A stretch of 53,606 nt of DNA, the filler included, from Streblomastix strix (taxonomy: Eukaryota), in NCBI GenBank assembly GCA_008636045.1. It is 2 parts of 2 records of this genome, joined end to end, with 100 filler letters (N's around TTAATTAATTAA, not from the genome) between each part and the next. Parts side by side here need not be neighbours in the genome. Positions count along the whole stretch, not along the records: positions 1 to 26,770 come from SNRW01000155.1; positions 26,871 to 53,606 come from SNRW01000156.1. The stretch is one strand, 5' to 3'. Positions 24,928 through 35,226 of this stretch are shown here, piece by piece. Each line of letters starts with the position of its first letter. Within the stretch, counting starts at the first letter, position 1. Made by a program: the position numbers and the translations under genes. Below the pieces are notes generated by a model. The model saw nothing but the letters and a program-made list of their open reading frames with translations. It was not told the origin of the DNA and did no database searches.

Positions 24928-26106
24928 ATGCAAGAAGAATCTTTATAAAGTGAATCTTCGTAACAAATTGTTGCACAAAAGTTAGGATATGTCTTACGTA
25001 CCAAACCAAGAGCTTAAGAAACAGATTATTATGGATATAAGGGGATAGTGTAACCATATGAAACATATCAGAAGACAATAGGACCATTATTAACGTTAAA
25101 TTAAGAGTTGAAAGATAATAAAGATTACTAAAAAGTTAGAGAATAATCATTAGCTAAGAGAAACGAACTCCTAGCAAACTCAAGGCAATAATCATATGCA
25201 CCTCTAATAGATTTGATTTGTAGGAATAAAGATATTCAATTCAAGAAAATATGGTCTAGTTAGCCATCATTTGATGAATGGAAGAAGAGTAGAACAAATC
25301 CCAGATAAAAGAAATGGGTTGGAACAGTAGAAGATATTAATGGAGATAAATTTTCTGAGTTTGTTGTTCGTGATGATAGGGGATTTATTCAATCAGCTGA
25401 TGGACTTAGAATTACAGTTTCAATTAAGCGTGAAAGAGTAACTAAATATTTTACTTAAAATCCAACTAAAGAAGCCCGTTAAGAGATACATTATAAGGTA
25501 TGGAAAGAAGAGGATAAGCCAGCAACTGGTTATAGACATTTCATCAAATACTATCTATCTCCATTCTTGAAAGAGCGTGGTTATACAATTGCTTAAGTAT
25601 ATTCAGTCATTGGAGGAAAAATATGGAAAGGGGTTTTTGCTCCATGGGTATTGTAATATTATAATAAGTCATATTAAGCATAATCATTTATTGGAGGTAA
25701 CGCTACATCACTATCAATATATAAGAAATTGAGTAAAGCAATAAAATAAGCATATAATCAATATTTCCTAATTGGTTAAAGTTAATAAAGAGATAATTAA
25801 ATGATGAGACTGATATAAATAGGTTATGCTGCATTTTGGAATAGTCAACTAGGTGAAATCCCTGATGATACAAATAATAATGGAGATGAAATATTTACTA
25901 TTCCAACAGAATAAGCTATTAAATAGGCAAAATAGAAAAGAGATGAGAAGAGAGAGAGAGAACAGGAATAATATAATAATGTTATGGCAAAAATAAAAGC
26001 AAGGAAAAAGCCAACATTTAGTGAAGGGAAGACATTTGAAAATGCTAGACTATTACCATATGACTTCAATAATGATTTAGATGATTATGTTATTGAGGAA
26101 CAATGA
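24928..26106 (+). CDS. Intact 392-aa viral hypothetical protein
   Basis: Leader motif; open frame. Contains WVGTVEDINGDKFSEFVVRDDRG...ADGLRI (DxNGD-type loop) and a basic/acidic C-terminus. Confidence 0.75.
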
Positions 26107-26132
26107 AAATTATTATTTTGGTTTTCATTAAA

Positions 26133-26426
26133 ATAAAATTAATTAGCTCGAATCTTGTTCATATAGATAAATAAGGTAGAATATAATTAATTGAGAACAT
26201 AAGTTCTGATAACTTCAATGAAATCTAGATATCAAAATACTGTTTACTCTTAAGATAAGATTAATTAAATGACTATAGTGAAAAAATGAAAAATATTTGT
26301 GGTGAAGATGAATTGAAAAAATATATTGATGAAATGTAAAATGTTAGTGAAAAAGAACACAAATTACGTGAATAGTACATAATTGATTGGCATTTATTTT
26401 AAAAACAACAGTGGGGTGAGGATCGA
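26133..26426 (+). pseudogene. Paralog of 22693-22980 with lost start (ATA) and probably lost stop (CGA)
   Basis: NLVHIDKQGRIQLIENISSDNFNEIQISKYCLLLRQDQLNDYSEKMK aligns with KIVHTNGEGKVLFTGNIADGNYEMVYIDSCQLFLTEDQITDYKSKIN. Flanked by TTATTTT motifs. Confidence 0.6.
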
Positions 26427-26435
26427 TTTATTTTT

Positions 26436-26770
26436 GCGTTGATGGTGATAGTCATTTGGCGTGGACAAACGATTCCAATTACACGGGGAGAATTAATGAT
26501 CTCAGTTGTTGATATTTTACTAAAACCGCCTATGTATTTAACATGTAACATGGTATAAATGATGTCATTTTTATTGATATTTTGGTTGATGGTGATGGTC
26601 ATTTGGTATGGACAAACGATTTCCAATTTGCGTGGCAGAATTAGTGCTCTTTGATGGGGAATTTAGTGTTGATGGTCATAGTCATTTGACGTGGACAAAC
26701 GATTCCAATTTCCACGGCAGAATTACTTTTCACTGATGCGGATAATTAACTAAAATCGTCTATGATATTT
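26436..26770. repeat. Three imperfect ~58-bp direct repeats, probable (sub)terminal repeat region of the virus
   Basis: GTTGATGGT(G/C)AT(A/G)GTCATTTG..(G/A)TGGACAAACGATT..CAATT.....G.AGAATTA at ~26438, ~26586 and ~26668. Copies 1 and 3 share further downstream similarity (ACTAAAA(C/T)CG(C/T)CTATG). Confidence 0.8.
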
Positions 26771-26870
26771 NNNNNNNNNNNNNNNNNNNNNNNNNNNNNN
26801 NNNNNNNNNNNNNNTTAATTAATTAANNNNNNNNNNNNNNNNNNNNNNNNNNNNNNNNNNNNNNNNNNNN
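26771..26870. other. Artificial contig-joining linker (N44-TTAATTAATTAA-N44)
   Basis: Symmetric 100-nt spacer containing the six-frame stop palindrome TTAATTAATTAA at 26815-26826. Confidence 0.9.
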
Positions 26871-26871
26871 G

Positions 26872-28077
26872 AAGAAGAATTGTGAAGAAGATGCACTATT
26901 GGGTGTATCTCTAACTGGAATTGCTTAAAAATGGGATTTGCTTCATGATGATGATGGATAACTTCTTGAAATAGCTGCTAAGGCTGCTTTGGATGAGAAT
27001 GCTAAATGGGCTAAGATGCTTGGTATTAATCCAGCTAAAAGAATTGGCTGCACAAAACCATCTGGCAATACTAGTGCGCTACTGGGAACTACATCTGGTA
27101 TTCATGCAGCACATGCTGAAACGTATTTGAGGCGTGTAAGAGTTGAGACTAATAGTCCAATGGCAAATTACTTTGTATCACTTTATGCTTAGAGTAAGAT
27201 TGATATGGAATCAGGAATGCAATTGACAATAGAGGAAGTTGCTCGTGAAGCAGATACATGTTAGGCTCGTTTTGGATAACCTCTGATTGAAACTGATGTA
27301 TATGCACGTTAAAAGAATTCTCTCAAAACAATTTCAATTGAGGGGAAAATCTTAAATGTTCCGCATTAGATAGTAGTTACTATGCCTGTGAAGATGTAAG
27401 GTGCGATTGTTCGTTCTCGTGAATCGGCAGTATAACTACTTGAACGTGCTGCATTCATACACGAACATTTCATCTAGAAGTCACATCGAAGTGGACCTAA
27501 TTATCATAACGTGTCTCTTACAGTTAATTATAAACCTAGAAAAACCTAAATGGTAAAGAAGATTGAATAAGATAAAGTAATCGAATAAGAAGTTGTATTA
27601 GAAGAAGGAGAAGAAGAATAAATTCTATAATGGTTATTTGCACATACAGATAAATTCTCGGGTATTGCACTATTCCCAGATATTTCAGAAAATACATATC
27701 CTTAAATGCCATTTGAAGAAGTTGATTAATAAACATTTGATGAGTGGTAAAGTGCTTGGCTGAAATTAGGATAAATAGCAAAGAATAAACTTGCTAAAAC
27801 AACTCCACCAACATCTCCATTAATTTTATCTCCAATTACTTCACCGGAATACAATGATACATCTTTGATATACTCAGATGAATAATCTTAATTTAGCTCG
27901 TATAGACCATCATTTGCTTAACTTCTTGAATAATCTGAAAAAGAAGATCTTATTGATCCAGAAGAATGCATGAATATTCTGAAGACTGGAATGGAAAGAG
28001 TTGCATGGGATCCTTTAGCACCGGACAAGCGTAAGGAGACACTAGCATGCGCGGGAGGAAACTGTGAGGTCGTTTGA
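26872..28077 (+). CDS. nrdJ: Adenosylcobalamin-dependent class II ribonucleotide reductase, 3' part (5' end cut by the linker)
   Basis: EEDALLGVSLTGIA, GINPAKRIGCTKPSGNTSALLGTTSGIHAAHAETYLRRVRV, HNVSLTVNYK, YPQMPFEEV and the C-terminal redox pair ACAGGNCEVV*. Internal TAA/TAG read as Gln. Confidence 0.9.
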
Positions 28078-28158
28078 ATCATTTCCTTTAGCACCGGACA
28101 AGCGTAAGGAGACACTAGCATGCGCGGGAGGAAACTGTGAGGTCGTTTGAATCATTTC
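28011..28158 (+). repeat. Exact 73-bp tandem duplication of the RNR 3' end including the stop codon
   Basis: TCCTTTAGCACCGGACAAGCG...GGTCGTTTGAATCATT at 28011-28083 and again at 28084-28156. Confidence 0.9.
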
Positions 28159-28874
28159 ACCATCAAACATCAATCCGTAAATTACTCACTTCAACTCTAT
28201 AAAATCCAGTTTTTCTTAAAGCTGGTATACAATAGTTACCAAATAAAGCAATTTATTCTATCAGCGCTACAAATAAATATTCCTACATCTAAATAATGTT
28301 CTATCAAATATAACTCATTTAGTGAGTACAATATTTGTATAATAATTAGCTATCATTGATCAACTAAGTAATTTCAGTAGTTTACATTGTTATTTAAAAT
28401 ATTATACTCTATGGATAAAGAGAAATCATAGCAATAAAATAAAAGTGTAATTCCAAGGTTTATACTTATATAAACTCAATATTAGTAACTTTTCTTATCC
28501 GTAATATTATCATGCAATTTATTAATTAGTTACAAATATTTTTAATTATGAATCAAGCTCATAAATTATCATTCTTCGTTTCTTTTATTGAATTGAACAA
28601 ATTGAAACATTTTTAAAACATATTTAATATTTTCTGATAAATTAATCAACTATGAATATAATTCAAGATAATTTTATAATTATTATTGATTTTTATTTTC
28701 TCCGTGTGAAGAAATACTTTTCTTAATGATTTCTTATTAATTATTCTTAATAATCCTTTGTTTTTATTTTTTTTTAATTTATTGATTATTATACTCATTT
28801 ATAAATTTAATACATTATTTAATATTATTTTGCTATTAATCTTGACTCAAATTGTAAGTTTTGCATTTGTAGAA

Positions 28875-31800
28875 ATGGCAATTGTAGGAACTTGCGAAAC
28901 AATGTGTCCTGAGGACTAGATATTGGAACGAATTGACACTAAAGATTTTGATATTTTTGAGAGATAAATGAGGCCTGATGGTTCTGCAGGAGAATATAGC
29001 ATAGAATTGGTGGTGAAAAAGTACCGAAGATCGTCAGCCGATAAATAAATCAAACCGAGCGATTTACGAACTCCTGCAGCATTGAAAGCTACTGCATCAT
29101 ATTTAATTGATAATATTCTTGACAAAAACGTAGAATTTATTAAAATTTACCTATTTATCAATGATCGAATGCGTTGTATACGAACTGACTACAATTAGCA
29201 GAATATTAAAACACGAGAAGCATTGAGAGTTTATGAAATGAATGCTCGTTTTCATATTGCATCATATTATGAATGTCTTGAAGAAGCTCCAAAATATTTT
29301 AAACAAAATTCAGAGCAATTGGATGCATGCCTAATATCAATCTTTGAGATTTATGAAGATCTGAGAAAATAAGATTGGATTAGTCCTAATGAAGCAGAAT
29401 TTCGAGCATATCGAACAATAATTTAAAAAGATGAAATAAATGCAATGCAATTTATGTAACTCCCATCTTATATCTTATATAATCAAGATATGCAAACTGC
29501 TATTAGATTATTGATCGCAGAAAGAAATTAAGATTATATGAATATCATTAAGATATTGTGTAATCATAATACTAGTTATTTGATGTGCTGTCTTCTTCAT
29601 CATGATCTTCCTTAAATTCGTAAAAAGATTTGGAATACAATTATGAAATCGAAATCTATATAACCTCTTTGGGATGTAGTAAAATTGAAGAATATATTAA
29701 TGTTTAATAGTATTTAATAAGTGAAAGAAATGGCAGATTTGAATAATGGAATGGAAATAATAGACGGAAGACATTTAAGTTTGAAAAACTGGAATAAATT
29801 AGATGACTAAATTATTTGGCCTAAAAATGAAGGTCGTAATGAATTCATTGAAGCCATCAAAGGTAATAAGCATTTGAGTGAGATTGTTAAAGGGGATAAT
29901 CATCAATAGATTGACATTAATTATTATTAATTTCAAGCTCAGATAAACTAAAAGCAAAAACATTAATTGAAGCCTAAACATACAGTCATTAATTTAGATA
30001 TATAATAATAACAAACAAATCCTTTCCAGAATTTTTTATAAATTGATAAACTTGAATAGAACATAGATGATTATTCAAATGACCTTTATTCCGAAGTTTC
30101 TTCTCTTATAACACCAATGGCTCCAACTTCTTCTTCATCCTTTTAATAGTTTGTATAACCTACTAATAATATAATGCTTCCTCCGACTTTGAAACGAACA
30201 AACCAGTCAACGTTTTCACCTCCTAATTAATTTTCTAATTAGGAAGAAGATAATATTACAAGTACTCCATTGCCACAAGATTAAGTAAAGAAACCATTAT
30301 TTGTGTTTTAACCAAATTTTTCTGGGTCTTAATATACTTTTGGTTAATCAAAATTTTCTTTAGCAAATAAACTATCTACTCCTGCATAATAATCTTTCTC
30401 ATCATAATCTCCATCTTCATCAACAACTGTTTAATAATCTGTACCATAACAAAGAAAGATGACTATTTTCTAAAAGATGGCACAAAGTATTTCACAATAA
30501 ACACCTATTTAATAACCAATTTAGATAAAATAATAATGAGGAATTGAATAAGATGAGGAAGAAGAAGAAGAGGAGGAGGAAGAAGAAGAAGTAAATAATT
30601 AGAAAATTCAAATTGATAAAGAACCATAGCCTGTAGGAATAGAAAATGATGAATAATCTGATGATGAAATTAGTGAATAATCTTTTAATCAGTTATAAAG
30701 CTCATAGATATAAATTGATTAAAATATTAAGAAAAGTATATTTGATACTCAAATTACAAGTTTAGCATCTAATAAACCTAATTAAACAATACCATAAAAT
30801 TAATTCTCTTCTCCGTATAATATACAATTCAAAAATTATTAACCTCAATCACTAATTACACCACTATCATAAACATAATCACCAATGATTAATAGCACAA
30901 GTAGAATGGAGAAAGACAAATCGCCAATGATTAATAGCACAAGTAGAATGGAGAAAGACGAACCTTCAAATAGGATATTTAGTAGATTGGAAGTAATATA
31001 GGAATAAGATGAAAGTGATTGGAGTTAAAATGAATAATTAGTTAATGCAAATAATGACGTTGAAAAATAAAAAGAAAAAGAGATTATTCAATAATAAATT
31101 CAACAATAATAATAACTGTAATTAATTCAACAATAGTAATAAATTCAACAATAATAATAAATTCAACAATAATAATAAATTCAACAATAACAATAAATTC
31201 AACAATAATAAATTCAACAATAATAAATTCAACAATAATAATTATAAAAATAAAAAGAAGAAGAAATATAAGAATAAGATATTGATGAAGAATCTGAATT
31301 AACACCAGAAGAATAAGAAACATCGGAATTTATTTATCCATTATTTAATTTAGAGAAAGAAGATGAATTGAATGATTATGAATAATAAGAAATATCAATA
31401 GAAGATGATATAATTGATGAACAAAATGAATTGTAACATTTGACATAATTATTACCTTTAACATATAATTTGCTTGAAACTTAATAGAAAAAAGTAAATA
31501 ATTAATAAAATAAAGAAAAATCGATTGAAACTGTTTAATCAATAACATTTGCTGGCGTTGAGATTGTATGCAATTAAAATAGTTTATTAAATGAAGAAGA
31601 CGAAGAAGATGAATATTTCAAAGAAAATTGTGAAGAAAATGATAAAATTGATGCTGAAATTTAAATGAATAAATATTTTTTGTTGAATTATTATAATTCG
31701 TAAGATAATATCAAAGAAGAAAATTCTAGAAATTAAAAATCAAAAAAGAAAGAAAGAAAAAAGAAGGACAGAAAATAATACCTCAATTCATATAATTTCT

Positions 31801-34800
31801 TTAAAAAATAGATCATGTCACAGCTTTATTTCAACCAAAGCCATCATTCATAATATAATAGAAATAGTGAAATTACTTCAAAAAGAAAAAATAAGCATAA
31901 ACATGAAGATGAATATGAGTATTTTAACGAATAAGATGAAGAAGGAAGATAATATACTAAAGAAATTGATTGTGGAAATGGGAAATCAATTATTTGTGTG
32001 GTTTAAAGAGATTATTTAGAAAGTAACTGTTCATTATTAGGCACACTTCAGACAAACAATATAATACCCATGTCTCTCTTCCACACACTCTTATGTATTC
32101 TTCCTCCTGTTCCCCATTATATTCTGTAAGCAGCACATTCTCTGTCACAGTCCTTCTCATAACATGAAGGTGGTGGAGATTGGAGAGTTGACTTGGGTTG
32201 GGATTGTGTATAGCTCAGTTGTTAGAGTAATATGGAGAGAGGGTAATGCAAGTAATTATTGTGGGATGTTGGAGTATGGTTGATGGAAGTGAAGGGTGTT
32301 AGATAGAGGGTATTAAAGTTGATTGAGGATGAAGAGAGATTTAAAGAATAAAATGAGAAAGATTAAGTAAAAATCGTTTAAAAGAATGATAATTCTTAGG
32401 ATGATAATTTTAATCTTCTTAATAATCGTAGTAAGAATAATGATTTCTAAGCTTGCATCATATGCTCACTCCAACGAGGTAATATTGAAATTGATTCTTC
32501 TGAAAAAGATAAATAAAATATTAAAGATGATGAAATTCCATTTTGGTAAAGATATGGATTGGCTGATGTTGAAGAGCCAATGAACACAGCTGCTATCATT
32601 GGTTGGTGCGTTGAACATGCCGCTTCAGAATTACTTGGTGTGTTAGAAGTTGATGTTGTTATGCATAATCCTTATGCACTTGCCCCTGCTGAAGAATTAC
32701 TATTATAAAAAGAGGAAGCAATTTTACATGAAAGGAAAAAAGCTCATAAATAATAATTTTAAAAGCTCCACGAATAAAGATTAAAGTATGAAAATGAAAG
32801 AATGACATAATTGAATATATCTGAAAGAGAAAGAGAAGCTGAACAAAAATAGCACCAGATTGAGAGGGATAATAAAACATTGTTGATTAGATAGAAAAAA
32901 AACATAAATAGTTAATCACTTACTGTTTTAAATTAGACTAAACAAAAAGAAGAAAGATCAAATCAGAGAAAAATAGAGCGAGAGAAGCGCAAACAAAAAA
33001 GACTGCAGCATGAAATTCAAATAGTATAAATTGGTGAATAGAAAGAATATGCGCATGAATTGAATTGGCTGACACATGAAAGAGAGAAAGAGGTCAGATT
33101 GCTCAAGAGATTAAAAGCTCACCATAAAAAGGAGATAATAAAATAAATGAATGTTGTGATGAGTTATGTTGCTCGATTTATACTTCTGGGGTGTAGAAAG
33201 AAATTAACTATAAATATTGAAGGGGAAAAATTGAACAATATAGAAAAATCTGAAATTTTAAGGAAGAAAGAAACTATATTGGATCCTAAGTAATAAAAAT
33301 ACTCAATTTCATTATCAAAATAACTCGAATAATATATTATTAATTTCCCAATTGCAATAAAACATATTTTTTTAAGTTTGATAGATCCAATAACTAATGA
33401 AATGATCTAATAATATAATCACACGTAATTATAAATAATGAATCCAAATTCTTTTTAAAAGAAAGCAGATATTCAATTTTAAAATTAATAGTATCAATCA
33501 AAGATTCTCTCTTCAAATCACGTATCTTTGGTTTCTTCTTCTTCATAATCAAAACAGTTTCAATCTCTTGATTTCAGTGGCATTGCTGTTTTGTTTGGGT
33601 TAATCCACACGTGGAACAGTATTTTGAAGAGATGGATCGATCCATGTCTTGATATTGTAAATGAAACATCATTGTAAATGTAAATGATTCAATATAGTGA
33701 AATAGAAAAATAGACAAATTAATATTAATAAGTTAAAACAAATGAAGCACTAATGAATGATAATATTTCATTTATCAACTATTCTCATAATTAAGCTAAA
33801 TAAACTGCAGAGTCGCTTTAGAGATTGATCATAAATTTGTCACCGTCATATTCTCTACTTACATTTATTAATGAATTCTTCGTTTATAACAAAAATGAGA
33901 TTGAAATCAATATTAAATAATAAAAATTTTAATTGAACTAATCAAATCATTCCTAATTTAATTCTCTTCTTTATATTTTATCAAATCTTTACCTCCAAAT
34001 TGTTTCAGATTTCATGTGGAAGAAAATTATTTCAACTGAGATTCAAAATGAACATTCAGACTTACATACAATATTATTACCTGCATCTTCTTTCTTTATT
34101 TAGGGAAGTACAATAGAAAGCAAAATTATCCATCGAGTTCTTCATTCTGGAAGTTTAGAATTTGCTTTATTACATTATTATTTACATTGCACTGAGTTTA
34201 TTTATTCAAAAGTTTAAATTAAAAATTCAGATTTTTTAAATATTGATGAAAGAAAAGATTATGATTGGAAATCAAAATTTTCTGAACGTATATTACCTCT
34301 AGTTTCCGACTTCATTAGTACTTAATAAAGATTGATATTATAATTTATTTAATAAAAGGCTATAAATTTTGATAATTAAGATGAATCTTATATTTAAATG
34401 ATATTTTCTAGTTACTAATCTTTTCAAAGATGTTTGGAGATTCTTATAGAGACTACACCAAGTAAACTTTGGTGTGCATTTTTCTCTGAAGCAACATCGT
34501 TCAAGCTTGAAATTTTCTAGGAAGTCAACCCATTATTTATTGTATTAAATAGCAATGATCTTAAAAGATAACTGGATAATTAAAATGGTCAATATTAGAG
34601 AGATTAAAAGATAATATATAGGAATACAATTGGTACAATTACATAAGACTTCCTATTTAATATTTTAAATTCATTATCTTTAACAGAAATCGCCTTATCA
34701 ATTACATCTAATTCAGATCGAAAAACTAATATTACTAACAGTTTAATTGAAATCCTATTCAATACAAACTTAAAAAAAGACGAAAGTAAAGATTAAAATC

Positions 34801-35090
34801 AACAAATTGTTAAAGGAAAAGAAGAAATTATATAATATGAAGATTTAAATAAGGAACATTTGGAAGAAAAAACGGACAAATTCGAATTGGTGTAAAAGAA
34901 TGAAGGGAATATTGGATAGAAATTGAAGCGGAGAAGAAGTGAATAATCATATTAAAATAAAGAGAGTATGAAACCTGTACGAGTAAAAACCAATAAGCGA
35001 ATATTACGCGAATTTCAACCACTTTCACTTGATCTTGCAGAAGAAAAGAAGATAGAACAGATTCTTTTCAAAGGAATATTTAATTTTTGA
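28875..35090 (+). CDS. SAC3/GANP-family (TREX-2 mRNA export scaffold) protein, ~2070 codons, with one in-frame TGA at 30537-30539
   Basis: The N-terminal SAC3_GANP signature reads IVGTCETMCPE, VKKYRRSSA, DLRTPAALKATASYLI, YLFINDRMRCIRTDYNQQ, YEMNARFHI, PNEAEFRAY. One frame is read from ATG 28875 to TGA 35088-35090 with low-complexity Q/E tracts. Confidence 0.85.
30880..30959 (+). repeat. 42-bp in-frame tandem duplication (SPMINSTSRMEKD x2)
   Basis: CCAATGATTAATAGCACAAGTAGAATGGAGAAAGAC occurs twice, 42 bp apart. Confidence 0.85.
31084..31240 (+). repeat. Poly-Gln (IQQQQQ)n tract encoded by mixed CAA/TAA/TAG
   Basis: ATT CAA CAA TAA TAA TAA units in the SAC3/GANP frame; direct evidence for TAR=Gln. 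Confidence 0.9.
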
Positions 35091-35226
35091 ATAATTAAGT
35101 TAATAAAGTATAAATATTCAAGTTTTATTATTAAAATAATAGTCATCGATTAACCTAAAACATTTATTAAATATTAATTTAGTGTTCTACAATGAATCTG
35201 CTCTAATCAATTGGTGGATAACACCA

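Larger units (their letters stand above)
4871..26135 (+). promoter_or_regulatory. Recurring viral gene-leader motif TTATTTTT(T/G)-N~6-16-AAATG
   Basis: Seen, with minor variants, upstream of ATGs at 4892, 9024, 9414, 9613, 10266, 10638, 12469, 14837, 18853, 20470, 20942, 22693, 23006, 23291, 23693 and 24928, and of mutated starts at 15414 and 26133. Confidence 0.7.
4865..26770 (+). mobile_element. Endogenous Maverick/Polinton-like dsDNA virus (pPolB, rve integrase, DJR major capsid, penton, packaging ATPase), partly decayed; ends not resolved
   Basis: Densely packed genes without apparent introns, including five Polinton hallmark proteins recognised by motif (see individual features). A shared intergenic motif runs through the element, and a repeat array sits at the right end next to the contig break. 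No matching left TIR was seen. Confidence 0.93.

Noticed and set aside
26436..26730. CRISPR-like array
   Set aside because: Only three long (~58 bp) degenerate repeats with unequal, partly homologous spacers; eukaryotic context; no cas genes.
4865..26770. Bacterial prophage or contaminant, suggested by the tail-fibre repeats and HNH
   Set aside because: The genes need the eukaryotic TAR=Gln code, the core set is pPolB + rve integrase + DJR capsid + A32-like ATPase, and it carries a nested eukaryotic DNA transposon.
26771..28077. RNR as an auxiliary gene of the virus
   Set aside because: It is separated from the element by an artificial six-frame-stop linker, so adjacency is meaningless. It is contiguous with ordinary host genes.
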